64,000 nucleotides of DNA from contig OY969472.1 of assembly GCA_963700155.1 (NCBI GenBank), forward strand, positions 2,058 to 66,057. Direction: 5' to 3'. A program made the translations under genes and the position numbers. This DNA comes from an uncultured bacterium. GTDB taxonomy: Bacteria; Patescibacteriota; Dojkabacteria; J137. The notes beneath the pieces are model-generated. The model was not told the DNA's origin and made no database searches. It was given only the letters and a program-made list of their open reading frames with translations. Below, piece by piece: positions 1 to 9,944 of this stretch. The first letter of the stretch is position 1; each line of letters starts with the position of its first letter.

Positions 1-51
1 AAAAGTTAATCTATTTTATAAATATACTTGAAATCAAATGCTATGTAAAAC

Positions 52-601
52 TTAATTATTCTTCAATTTTGAAGCGAATTCTTTTCTGAATTTCTTTACT
101 TTTGGATCAATTACTAACATACAATAAGGCTTTCTCCTATTGTTTTCATAATAGTTTTGATGATAATCTTCGGCTTTATAAAAACTTTTGAAAGGAGTAA
201 TTTCTGTTACAATTGGATTTTTATATAAATGTAAGTTCTCAATTTCTTTTTGTACTTCTTCTGCGATTTTTTTCTGTTCATCATTATGGAAAAAAATCGC
301 AGACCGATACTGTGGACCTACATCAGCACCTTGTCTGTTTAAAGTCGTAGGATCATGAACTCGAAAGAAAATATCAACTAACTCCTTATAACTTATAACT
401 TTAGGGTTAAATTTTATATGAATAGTTTCTGCAAATCCAGTATCTCCTCCCGATACTTCTTCATATGAAGGGTTTTCTTTATCTCCTCCTGAATAACCAG
501 ATGTTACAGATTCAACCCCTTTTATGTCTTTAAAAATTGCTTCAACACACCAAAAACACCCACCTGCAAAAGTAGCCTACTTCTAAATTTTTATCATCCA
601 T
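52..601 (-). pseudogene. msrA: Peptide-methionine (S)-S-oxide reductase MsrA with a +1 frameshift near the 5' end (real lesion or sequencing error)
   Basis: Manual translation of the minus strand: ATG at 601 (MDDKNLEV), then after one extra G the frame reads [13 protein letters not shown] and continues to ...KLKNN-TAA at 54-52. Span 550 = 3n+1. GCFWC is the MsrA active-site motif. Absent from the ORF track because of the shift. Confidence 0.9.
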
Positions 602-611
602 AATTTTTAAT

Positions 612-893
612 TTAAAACTTAGTTAAGGTTGTAAAAACTGGTTCAATTTCACACAAAGGATATAGTTTAGATGTAAATATATTAATATACTCTGTATTTT
701 GATGATATTCTTCTGCATCTGGAGTATCAAAAACTATAAAATGAAAAAAGCTTTGTCCATCTTCTTTAATATAAGTGTCATAGCTCAAAGTCCTAGATTC
801 ACTTCCAACAAGCACAACAAATTCTTTTATAATTTTTTTGGCTTCTTCAACTTTATCCTTTTTAACTTTAAATTCAACAACTTTATAAATCAT
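612..893 (-). CDS. ABM-family (putative quinol monooxygenase-like) dimeric alpha/beta barrel protein
   Basis: 93 aa; pattern V.FKVK.DK.EEA.....FV....SE...LSY.......F........DAEEYH..TEY fits ABM/YgiN-like proteins. Confidence 0.65.
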   Translation of the reverse strand: MIYKVVEFKVKKDKVEEAKKIIKEFVVLVGSESRTLSYDTYIKEDGQSFFHFIVFDTPDAEEYHQNTEYINIFTSKLYPLCEIEPVFTTLTKF

Positions 894-1001
894 ATTTCAA
901 AGATAAAATCTTAATACAATACATAATATCATATACTTAATCTAGAAATATCTGATGAAAGAATGTATCCTATTTAATATCAATAGTATTAACAAAATAA
1001 A

Positions 1002-2789
1002 ATGAATTCAGAAACTTTAAGATTTTTTAGGATCCCACTTTTTGTTCTATTCACAATAATAATATACCTAATATCATTAGCTTTTATACATATTGATAAT
1101 AATGTTGAAATATTAATATTGCTCAATGGAATTTCACTTGGAAGTCTTCAGTTAATTGAAGATACAATCGACTCTATTTTAAAAAAAGATTTAGCATTAG
1201 ATTATATAGCAATTCTTGCAATTATAACTGGATTATTAACTCAGCAGTTTCTCGTTTCTGCGGTTATCGTTTTAATGCTTAGTGGTGGACAATCTCTTGA
1301 GAAATATGCAATGAATAAAGCTAAGAAGTCATTGACCAAACTCTCAAATAGAATTCCTAACGAAGTAAATATATGGAATGGCAATAAAATCAAAGAAAAA
1401 ATTAAAATTGAAAAAGTAGCTATCAATGATTTTATTGCCATTAGAAAAGGTGAAGTCATTCCTCTTGATGGTGAACTTATCAGCATTAAAGCTCAAATAG
1501 ATGAATCTTCACTAACTGGAGAACCTTATACTCAAGAAAAAGTTAAGGGCTCGATTATACGAAGTGGAACTGTAAACGATGGAGATCTAATAGTGTTAAA
1601 AGTTACAAAAGGAGATAAAGATTCATCTTATAAAAAAATTATTGAGTTGGTTAAAAAAGCTCAAAATGAAAAAAGTCCATTTATAAGATTAGCTGATCAA
1701 TATAGTGGTTATTTTACTATAATAACTTTATTACTCGCTGGATTTACTTACTTAATTTCACAAGATCCACTTAGAATTCTAGCTGTTTTAGTAATAGCTA
1801 CCCCTTGTCCTTTAATTTTGGCTACTCCTATTGCACTAATTGGAGGTGTCAATTCAGCAGCTCGTGAAAAGATAATAATAAAAGAAATACAAAGTTTGGA
1901 AATTCTTGCTCGAGTAAATACAATAATATTTGATAAAACCGGAACATTAACATTAGGAAAACCAGTTTTAAGCAAAATAAAAATATTCGACAATTCTTAT
2001 ACTGAAGAGCAGGTACTTCAAATATCTGCTTCTATTGAGATGAGTTCTTTGCATCCATTTGCAAAAGCTATAGTTAGAAAAGCTAAAGACTTAAATTTAA
2101 AATTAGCTTCGATCGATAATGTTAAAGAGAATGCCGGGATCGGAATAAGTGGTAATTATAATAATAAAATATATACCATCTCTAAGTCTAAAGAAAATGA
2201 TTCAACTATTTCACTTTACTCAGAGGATAAAAAGATCTGTAATTTTGATTTTGAAGATAAAATCAAACCGGGTACAATTAAAATTCTTGAACAATTACTA
2301 AGTATGGGATTAGAGCTTCACATGTTTACAGGAGATAAGCAAGAACGTGCTGAGAAAATTATTAATGACTTAAAAGTTCCTATAACATTAAAGTCGGAAT
2401 GTACTCCTGAAGAAAAAAATAAAGGAATAGAAGAACTAAAACGAAATGGAAAAGTAACTGCAATGATTGGAGATGGTATCAATGATGCACCAGCTTTAGC
2501 TTTAGCAGATGTTGGGTTAGTTTTTAGTAATGAAGAACAAACAGCTGCTTCTGAAGCTGCTGATGTAGTTTTCTTAACTTCGAATATTGATTCAGTTTAT
2601 GATTCAATTAAAATTTCAAAAAGAACTATTCATATTGCCAAACAGAGCATATTATCAGGAATAAGTTTAAGTATCATTGGAATGTTATTCGCAAGTTTTG
2701 GTTTTATAATTCCGGTAATTGGAGCTGTACTTCAAGAATTAATTGATGTATCTGTTATATTTAACGCTTTAAGAGCAAGTAGAAAATAA
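1002..2789 (+). CDS. Heavy-metal P1B-type ATPase (P1B-5-like, PCP/QExxD)
   Basis: TGE, ATPCPL, DKTGT, HP, GDGINDAPAL motifs and LQELID in the last TM; no N-terminal metal-binding domain. Confidence 0.92.
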   Translation: MNSETLRFFRIPLFVLFTIIIYLISLAFIHIDNNVEILILLNGISLGSLQLIEDTIDSILKKDLALDYIAILAIITGLLTQQFLVSAVIVLMLSGGQSLEKYAMNKAKKSLTKLSNRIPNEVNIWNGNKIKEKIKIEKVAINDFIAIRKGEVIPLDGELISIKAQIDESSLTGEPYTQEKVKGSIIRSGTVNDGDLIVLKVTKGDKDSSYKKIIELVKKAQNEKSPFIRLADQYSGYFTIITLLLAGFTYLISQDPLRILAVLVIATPCPLILATPIALIGGVNSAAREKIIIKEIQSLEILARVNTIIFDKTGTLTLGKPVLSKIKIFDNSYTEEQVLQISASIEMSSLHPFAKAIVRKAKDLNLKLASIDNVKENAGIGISGNYNNKIYTISKSKENDSTISLYSEDKKICNFDFEDKIKPGTIKILEQLLSMGLELHMFTGDKQERAEKIINDLKVPITLKSECTPEEKNKGIEELKRNGKVTAMIGDGINDAPALALADVGLVFSNEEQTAASEAADVVFLTSNIDSVYDSIKISKRTIHIAKQSILSGISLSIIGMLFASFGFIIPVIGAVLQELIDVSVIFNALRASRK

Positions 2790-3209
2790 TTATTTTCCAG
2801 TTTCTTCTCTTTTAAACCTTAAGAAATATCTTAACACTATAAATAAAGTTAAAGCTAATATAAGGAAATTCAGCAAATTGCTCAGAAATAATCCATATCT
2901 TATCACGGGAGCTCCTGCAGCATCTGCAGCTGCTAAATTAACATAAGATTGATTTGAAAGATTTATGTATAGTTCCTTAAATGCTGAATTTCCTAAAAGT
3001 TTACCTATAGGTGGCATAATTATGTCATTAGCAAACGATTGGACAATAGAATTGAATGCAGTTCCAATTACAACACCAACAGCTAAATCTATTACATTAC
3101 CTTTGAAGGCGAAAGATTTAAAATCAGTAACAAAACCTTTCGCTTCAGATTTAACTCTAGCTCTTCGAGACTTAGGTTTTTCAAAATTATTATCTACATT
3201 TTCTGACAT
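2790..3209 (-). CDS. mscL: Large-conductance mechanosensitive channel
   Basis: FKSFAFKGNVIDLAVGVVIGTAF...DIIMPPIG...YGLFL signature. Confidence 0.95.
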   Translation of the reverse strand: MSENVDNNFEKPKSRRARVKSEAKGFVTDFKSFAFKGNVIDLAVGVVIGTAFNSIVQSFANDIIMPPIGKLLGNSAFKELYINLSNQSYVNLAAADAAGAPVIRYGLFLSNLLNFLILALTLFIVLRYFLRFKREETGK

Positions 3210-3304
3210 ATTTATGAAATTAAAATATTAAACAGTTACTATAAGTATAAATGCTTAAATCAATTTCGTAAAATGATATTATATTAATTATTTTTTAAAT
3301 AAAA

Positions 3305-3661
3305 ATGATGGAAAATAAAGAAAATAACCAAAATGAATCGAAAGAAGTTACCATACAATCATTAGATCAAAGATTATCAAATATTGAGGAGATGACACAA
3401 AAATTAGTTTTAATCGATAAATATTATCAGTTACAGACAGCATGGGAGAAAAGTGCAATGCGGACAATTTTGATTGCAATTACAACTTATATTTTATCGG
3501 CAATTTTTCTTTATATATTAAATTTTCAATACTTTTATATTAACGCAGTACTCCCTACTGTTGGATTTATGTTAACCACTTTATCAATTCCTTTCATAAA
3601 AAGAATTTGGATAAAATATTATCTGAAAGAAAAGGATTCAATTAAAGAAGTTCTTAGTTAA
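3305..3661 (+). CDS. Hypothetical membrane protein (2 TM)
   Basis: 118-aa ORF, N-terminal coiled segment, two hydrophobic helices. Confidence 0.7.
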   Translation: MMENKENNQNESKEVTIQSLDQRLSNIEEMTQKLVLIDKYYQLQTAWEKSAMRTILIAITTYILSAIFLYILNFQYFYINAVLPTVGFMLTTLSIPFIKRIWIKYYLKEKDSIKEVLS

Positions 3662-3727
3662 TTAATATATTGCAGTTAATATATTTATGCGGTAATATTA
3701 TCTGAATATATTGAACAGTAAACGAAT

Positions 3728-4474
3728 ATGCTCGAAGTAAAAAATTTAACAAAACTATTTAAAAAAATAGATCAGAAAACAAAAGAGAAAAGTTATGTTG
3801 GTATAAGAGATGTATCTTTTAATGCAGATGAGGGTAGAATCTTCGGTTTAATAGGTGCAAACGGTGCTGGAAAAACCACAACAATGAGAATTATTGCAAA
3901 TCTAACTTATCCTCATTCAGGTGAAATTTTACTTGATGGTAAAAATTATAAAGATATTCATAATCTTAAAATGTTAGTAAGTTTTGTATCTGGTGAGACA
4001 CAAATATTTGATAGATTAACAGGTTACGAAATTTTAAGTCTTTTTGGAGAATTTGCTGGTATAACAGGGAAAGCTCTTGAAGATAAAATTCAATTTCTTG
4101 TAAAGAAACTTGATATGGGAGATTTTATTAATAACCTTTGCTCAGGTTATTCTTCAGGAATGAGACAAAAGGTATCTATTGCAAGAGCTTTAATAACTGA
4201 CCCAAAAGTTCTTGTTTTTGATGAAGTGACAAACGGATTAGATATCTTTGCGGCAAAAGCAGTTAAAGATGAAATAAAGAATATGAAGGCTGAAGGGAAA
4301 ATAATCTTATATAGTACTCATATTATGTCAGATGCTGAAGAATTATGCGATGATATTGGAATTCTTCATAAAGGCAAGATACTTGAAACAGGAAGTGTAA
4401 AAGATCTTAAGAAAAAGTATAAAGTTGATACTATTGAAGATATATTTTTTAATCTTGTAGAAGAACAAATATAA
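3728..4474 (+). CDS. ABC transporter ATP-binding protein (NatA-like)
   Basis: Walker A GANGAGKTT, signature YSSGMRQK, Walker B LVFDE, H-loop STH. Confidence 0.9.
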   Translation: MLEVKNLTKLFKKIDQKTKEKSYVGIRDVSFNADEGRIFGLIGANGAGKTTTMRIIANLTYPHSGEILLDGKNYKDIHNLKMLVSFVSGETQIFDRLTGYEILSLFGEFAGITGKALEDKIQFLVKKLDMGDFINNLCSGYSSGMRQKVSIARALITDPKVLVFDEVTNGLDIFAAKAVKDEIKNMKAEGKIILYSTHIMSDAEELCDDIGILHKGKILETGSVKDLKKKYKVDTIEDIFFNLVEEQI

Positions 4475-4477
4475 TTT

Positions 4478-5677
4478 ATGAGAGAGAAATTTTATAAACT
4501 TTTCAAAAAAGAAATTTTAACAATTTTACGAGATAGAAAATCTTTCTTAACATTCATCGTAATGTCAGTTGTGTTAACACCACTTCTTATTGGTGGTGTT
4601 GGATTAATTCAAGAACTTGAAACTAAATCTTTGGAGGGACAACAAACTATTATAGCTGTTGAAAATTCGAATATAGACTCTGGTTTAAATGATTTTTTGA
4701 AAAATAGTGATACCATAAAAGTTGTAAATTCTTCTGATTATGAAGGAGATTTGGGAAGTAAAATTATTAGTGGTTATTTAAATTTATCACAAAAAAATAA
4801 TCAGGTCTCAGCAGAATATGTGTATGATCAATCTTCAAATGCATCAACAGCATCAGCTTTAAAAGTTAATACTTTAATTCAGGCTTATTCTGCACTTTTA
4901 AGACAGAATATTTTAAAGTCTCATAATTTAAATGAAAAAGATTTAAATCCAGTTGTGTATTCACAAATTACATTACAAGAAGTGCAGAATAAGCCTGCTC
5001 AAAATGATTTAGTATTATTCTTAATTCCCTATATTATTTTAATTGGCTTAATTCAAGGAGCTTCTCAATTCGCTATTGAATTAACAGCAGGCGAAAAAGA
5101 AAGGAATACTTTAGCTACAACATTAAGTTTGAATGCTTCTAGAACAACAATTGGATTAGCAAAGATTGCTGCAATACTTGTACTTGCATTAGTTTCTTTA
5201 GTTCTTAATGTTGCATCACTTGTTGTGACATTTACATTGCTCTCAAAATCAAATTTAATTTCTGGTGGTACATCTGCAGCCCAAAATGCACTAAGTTTTA
5301 ATATAAATATTACTCCAGAAATGTTTTTACAAATATTCTTGATTTTATTACCGTTATCATTCTTAATTGCTAGCTTGCTTGTTCTTTTAGGAACTTACGC
5401 AAGAAACCAAAAGGAAGGAGGCCTTTATATTTTGCCTTTGATAATGGCAACTGTATTTATTGGTCTTTCAGGTCAGGCTTTTGATGTTAATACACCAGCA
5501 TACGTTTTCTTTATTCCAATACTAAGTCATGTAGTATTGTTGAAACAAGTTCTCTTAGGATACTTTATTCCACTTAATTATCTCATTTCTACTTTGGCTA
5601 CAGTTGCATTATTTGTTGTAGCCCTTCTAATAAGTATTAATATGTTTAAAAGAGAAGAAGTAATATTCAGACAATAA
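4478..5677 (+). CDS. ABC-2 type permease (NatB-like)
   Basis: KKE...LRDRK N-terminus, AGEKERNTL motif, multiple TM helices, adjacent to the ATPase. Confidence 0.85.
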   Translation: MREKFYKLFKKEILTILRDRKSFLTFIVMSVVLTPLLIGGVGLIQELETKSLEGQQTIIAVENSNIDSGLNDFLKNSDTIKVVNSSDYEGDLGSKIISGYLNLSQKNNQVSAEYVYDQSSNASTASALKVNTLIQAYSALLRQNILKSHNLNEKDLNPVVYSQITLQEVQNKPAQNDLVLFLIPYIILIGLIQGASQFAIELTAGEKERNTLATTLSLNASRTTIGLAKIAAILVLALVSLVLNVASLVVTFTLLSKSNLISGGTSAAQNALSFNINITPEMFLQIFLILLPLSFLIASLLVLLGTYARNQKEGGLYILPLIMATVFIGLSGQAFDVNTPAYVFFIPILSHVVLLKQVLLGYFIPLNYLISTLATVALFVVALLISINMFKREEVIFRQ

Positions 5678-6238
5678 TTAAGATTCAAAAGTATTACGAT
5701 AGGCAGTATCTCTTAAATTTTTGAAAAATGTCTCCACAACAACAAGAAAGTTAGTTCTATTTTTCAAATAATTTAAATATATGTTGTTGTGAGGCTGAAA
5801 TTTCAAACTAATACCTTTATAAGCCTTAGCAACAGCAACCTGTGCAGGGAAGACTTCAATATATTGATAATTTTCAATTCCATATTGAGCAATTAATGTT
5901 GAAACAAAATTGCAAATGACTTTAAATGTAAAAAATTTAAAAATTGGATAATCAATCATAAACAACTGGTTAGGTTGTTTCGAATCTATGTTTTCAATTA
6001 AAATTTCAAATGACTCAAAATCTATTTTTAGTTTAAATTGTACTTGTTCAAGTTTATATTTTGTTTTACTTTCACCAGTTAGATCTTTATAAGTGAAATT
6101 TAAAGTAACAGTATATTTTATAAAATTTTCACCTGTTTCAGTTTCAAAATTGAGTTTTTTAAGTTCAATACGATATCCTTCCAATACTAGTTGTACAGTA
6201 TTTTTACCTAAAACTTCATTTATATTATCTATATTCAT
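5678..6238 (-). CDS. Hypothetical protein
   Basis: 186-aa ORF with TATAAT upstream; no motif recognised. Confidence 0.6.
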   Translation of the reverse strand: MNIDNINEVLGKNTVQLVLEGYRIELKKLNFETETGENFIKYTVTLNFTYKDLTGESKTKYKLEQVQFKLKIDFESFEILIENIDSKQPNQLFMIDYPIFKFFTFKVICNFVSTLIAQYGIENYQYIEVFPAQVAVAKAYKGISLKFQPHNNIYLNYLKNRTNFLVVVETFFKNLRDTAYRNTFES

Positions 6239-6293
6239 TATATTTTTTTATAAAATTTTTCTGGATTATATTATTACTAGAAGAAATTATCTA

Positions 6294-7502
6294 CTATTTT
6301 AAATACTTTCTATCTTTAAGCTTATCTGGCATATGCTGTTGATCTACTTTTGCATCTTTAAAGTCATGTGCGTATTTGTAGCCTTTACCATAACCTAACT
6401 CTTTCATTAGCTTTGTGGGGGCATTTCTAATTACTAATGGAACTGGAAGAGAACCAAACTCATGAACATCAGACTGAGCAGATGATAAAGCTGAATAAGC
6501 TGAGTTGTCTTTTGGGGCTTTTGCGAGATAAATTGCTAATTGAACCAGAAATATATCACATTCAGGTCTTCCTAATTTTTGACATGCTTCAAAAGTAGAA
6601 TTTGCTATTACTAAAGCATTTGGATCTGCATTCCCAATATCTTCAGAAGCAAATCGCAAAAGCCTTCTTGCAATATAAAGTGGATCATCCCCAGCTTCAA
6701 GCATTCTTATTATCCAATAGACTCCTGCATCTGGATCTGAGTCTCTTAAAGATTTATGTACGGCTGAAATTATATTGTAATGATCTTCACCACGTTTTTC
6801 GTACTGCAAAAAGTTTTCAATTGATTTTTTTAAAATATCTTTAGTAATTATATTTTTATCAGAAATCATTAAAGCACTTTCAAGAATATTGCTGGCTGTT
6901 CTTAAATCTCCATCTGAAGATCTAACTATCACATCCAAGGCTTCATTATTGATTTTTATATTAAGACCTTCGGCTTTAACTTTTTCTATCAAGCGTTTTA
7001 GATAATCTTTAACATCTTCTTCAGAATGCTTATTCAAAGTAAAGACTCGAGTGCGCGACAACAGAGCCGGGATCAAAGAAAACGAAGGATTCTCTGTTGT
7101 CGCGCCAATTAAAGTTATAATACCTTTTTCAACATAGGGTAAAAGTGCATCTTGCTGGGATTTATTCCATCTATGTATCTCATCTAAAAACAAAATAGTT
7201 TTATTTGGAATTAATTCCATATTACCAGCTTGATTTTTAGTCATAGCATTCTTGATTATTGCTTTGAGATTATCTTTCCCAGCCATAACTGCAGAAAGTC
7301 TATAAAAATCTGCGTTTATTTCTTTTGAGATAATATGAGCAAGAGTAGTTTTCCCAGTTCCTGGGGGTCCCCAGAAAATCATGGAAGGAAGATTACCTGT
7401 TTCTATAAATCTTCTTATTGGTTTACCTTTGTCTACAAGGTGTTTCTGACCTATAAAGTCTTCTAATGTTGCAGGTCGGTATTTTGATGCTAATGGCTCC
7501 AT
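6294..7502 (-). CDS. rarA: Replication-associated recombination protein A (MgsA/RarA AAA+ ATPase)
   Basis: PLA.KYRP..L.DF.GQ.HL, GPPGTGKTT, DEIHR, GATTENP, SA.HKSLR.SD, ASEDIG.AD. Confidence 0.95.
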   Translation of the reverse strand: MEPLASKYRPATLEDFIGQKHLVDKGKPIRRFIETGNLPSMIFWGPPGTGKTTLAHIISKEINADFYRLSAVMAGKDNLKAIIKNAMTKNQAGNMELIPNKTILFLDEIHRWNKSQQDALLPYVEKGIITLIGATTENPSFSLIPALLSRTRVFTLNKHSEEDVKDYLKRLIEKVKAEGLNIKINNEALDVIVRSSDGDLRTASNILESALMISDKNIITKDILKKSIENFLQYEKRGEDHYNIISAVHKSLRDSDPDAGVYWIIRMLEAGDDPLYIARRLLRFASEDIGNADPNALVIANSTFEACQKLGRPECDIFLVQLAIYLAKAPKDNSAYSALSSAQSDVHEFGSLPVPLVIRNAPTKLMKELGYGKGYKYAHDFKDAKVDQQHMPDKLKDRKYLK

Positions 7503-7538
7503 GTTTTGATTATATACTATGTATACCAGAAGAATATA

Positions 7539-8267
7539 TTATTGGAATGCGTTCAAACTTTTCACTGCCATATCCTCATCTTCATGCTCAAAAACTACAA
7601 CTCCACCTTTATCAGAAAATTCTTTTAATGCAAGTAGTAAAGGATAACACACACCATCAGGATCACCTAAATAAGTCCAGCAATCCTTAAATCTTTTATC
7701 CCATTGTGTCTTATCAGCAGTATGAATAACATCATATCCTGGTCTAAGTCTATTTGTTATAAACCATTCAATAAATTCTATTACTTCTTTTTGCTCTTTT
7801 TCATTCTTTGGATACATAATTCTACAATGATCAAAAATCATTGGAACACCCATAAATCTTGTAAAATTATAAACTTTCATTATTTCATCCCTATCAAACA
7901 CTTCAGTCTTTGCATTTTCAATTGCAACAAGACGACCATTAACGACTGGAACCATGGTAGGTATCATATCGTTTTCGTAGTGTACAAGAGGGATAATTAT
8001 TCTATCAGGTAATTCATTCTCAATCCTTTCAGCAATTTCTATCTCTTTTTGTGTAATAAAACCAAAGTTATGAAAATGAATAACTATTTCCTTAATCTCT
8101 GAATCCCTAATCATTTGAATCATTCTTCCAACATAAGCATCATCATTTTTAAACTCGTTAATAAAAAGCTGAACAGCCGTAAATCCATTCTTGGAAGCAA
8201 CTTCAACAGTGCTCCATAAATCATATCCATTTTTAATTAAAGCAGAAGAAGCTAATGCAGCAGGCAT
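7539..8267 (-). CDS. Putative TIM-barrel protein (xylose isomerase / AP endonuclease 2-like)
   Basis: GF.AVQLF, IEN, FD..., IH.AD, VFE pattern of metal-binding TIM barrels; divergent. Confidence 0.55.
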   Translation of the reverse strand: MPAALASSALIKNGYDLWSTVEVASKNGFTAVQLFINEFKNDDAYVGRMIQMIRDSEIKEIVIHFHNFGFITQKEIEIAERIENELPDRIIIPLVHYENDMIPTMVPVVNGRLVAIENAKTEVFDRDEIMKVYNFTRFMGVPMIFDHCRIMYPKNEKEQKEVIEFIEWFITNRLRPGYDVIHTADKTQWDKRFKDCWTYLGDPDGVCYPLLLALKEFSDKGGVVVFEHEDEDMAVKSLNAFQ

Positions 8268-8307
8268 AAATTTATTTTAAAAAGTATCGATGGATTATAT
8301 CAGATTT

Positions 8308-9129
8308 TTAAAAATCCTTAATTGTGAACTCATTTGGCTTAACCTTCTCAACATCTTTCCAAGAAATTGGCATAGAAATAGAAGCTCCTTCACGAGCTCT
8401 TGTAGAATATGCAGCGATTGCAGTAGCACCACGTTCATTTCTAAGGTAATCAATAAACACTCGCCCTACTCTATCTTCCTTAGGTAGAGAAGTGGTGAAC
8501 TTTATTGGGGAATTTCCAGCTAATTCTTTTGCAATCTCAAAGCTTAAATCCTTAGATTCTTTCCATGTAGTCTTTTTATCCAATTCAGCAATAATATGGA
8601 AACCTTTTCCACCTGAAGTTTTTACTGAATTCTTTAAACCCATGTCGTCCAAAATATCTTTTAATTCATAGGAACCTTCGACAATATACTCATATTTAGA
8701 ACCTTCACCTGGATCCAAATCAAATATTATTCTGGTGGGATGTTCAAAATCAGCAGCTGTTGAGTTACCAACATGAAATTCAAGAACACCAAGATTTACC
8801 AGGTAAATGATATCTTCTATCTGATCGATCGTAATATAGTACCCTACTCCTTCTTTCTCTTTTATTTTTATCTTATCAATATAATCTGGAAAGTTTTCAG
8901 CTGGATGTTTTTGAAAAAATTTCTGTTTATCTATTCCTTCTGGTGCTCTGACTAGGCTCAATATTCTATCATCAAGCACTTCAAGAAATTTCTTCTCAAC
9001 TTTAAGATAGTAATTTATTATATCCAGTTTTGTAATTTTAGATTTTGGATAAAGGATTTTATTCGGATGTGTTACTTTAATTCCCCTAATTTCAATAGAT
9101 TCATTGTTGTCTTTTGTTTTATTTGCCAT
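8308..9129 (-). CDS. Stand-alone LigD polymerase/primase domain (AEP)
   Basis: THPNKILYP, R.PEG....FFQK, FDLDPG, KTSGGKGFH, FIDYLRN.RG.T..A.YS.RAR. Confidence 0.9.
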   Translation of the reverse strand: MANKTKDNNESIEIRGIKVTHPNKILYPKSKITKLDIINYYLKVEKKFLEVLDDRILSLVRAPEGIDKQKFFQKHPAENFPDYIDKIKIKEKEGVGYYITIDQIEDIIYLVNLGVLEFHVGNSTAADFEHPTRIIFDLDPGEGSKYEYIVEGSYELKDILDDMGLKNSVKTSGGKGFHIIAELDKKTTWKESKDLSFEIAKELAGNSPIKFTTSLPKEDRVGRVFIDYLRNERGATAIAAYSTRAREGASISMPISWKDVEKVKPNEFTIKDF

Positions 9130-9175
9130 AATAAAAATATATCATATTCAAAAACTTAATTCTTAAATAAATTAT

Positions 9176-9457
9176 ATGGATACACCACTTTTAGTTGGGA
9201 GTCTTGGAGGGCTAATTATTTTAATCTTGTTTTTATTAAATCAAGGTAATAAATTGAAGAATGATAATATTTATTATGATTTGTTCAATTTTATTGGAAG
9301 TCTATTATTAATTTTATATGCATTAATGATAAATAGTATTCCTTTTATTATTTTAAATATTGTTTGGGCAGGATATTCTTTAAAAGATGTAATTTCAAAA
9401 TTATTGAAACAAAAAAATATTAAATTAGTAGTGCGTGAAAATAACAATTCTGACTAA
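9176..9457 (+). CDS. Small membrane protein (CBU_0592-like)
   Basis: Three TM helices with Y...N.IGS.LL..YA.....PF..LN.VW pattern. Confidence 0.65.
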   Translation: MDTPLLVGSLGGLIILILFLLNQGNKLKNDNIYYDLFNFIGSLLLILYALMINSIPFIILNIVWAGYSLKDVISKLLKQKNIKLVVRENNNSD

Positions 9458-9464
9458 TAATAGT

Positions 9465-9887
9465 TTATTGTTCTATACTAATATCAGTCGGTTTACCATA
9501 ATTTATGTCATTTTGTCCTAAATTTTTGTATTTGCAAAAGATTCTGATATGTTCACTTGGATTGAGTCTTAATCTTTCTAGAAAAGAACTGTATCTAAGA
9601 GATTCTAATCCAGACAAAGAATAAACATGCAGAAGCGAGTCATCAAAAGCAATAAGTGCTAATTCTAAATTTTCTTGTGATTTTAGTTCCATCAAATCTT
9701 TAAGAAGTATCAATTTTAAGCTGTAAGTTTCAACTTCTTTAAACCCATGTAATTCTAAAAATTTCTTTATAGCTTTTCGATTATGAGAAATTCCATCAGG
9801 TATTATTACCGAATTATGAAGCGTATTTAAAGGAATTGGAGGAAAATCTTTAGGTCTTGAAAATAAATTTGTTAACAAATTCATCAC
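9465..9887 (-). CDS. Hypothetical protein
   Basis: 140-aa ORF, no recognised motif. Confidence 0.55.
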   Translation of the reverse strand: MMNLLTNLFSRPKDFPPIPLNTLHNSVIIPDGISHNRKAIKKFLELHGFKEVETYSLKLILLKDLMELKSQENLELALIAFDDSLLHVYSLSGLESLRYSSFLERLRLNPSEHIRIFCKYKNLGQNDINYGKPTDISIEQ

Positions 9888-9944
9888 TAATTGGAAACAA
9901 TTTATTTTTTATAATAACATAATTATTTTCCAAGAAAAAATTAT

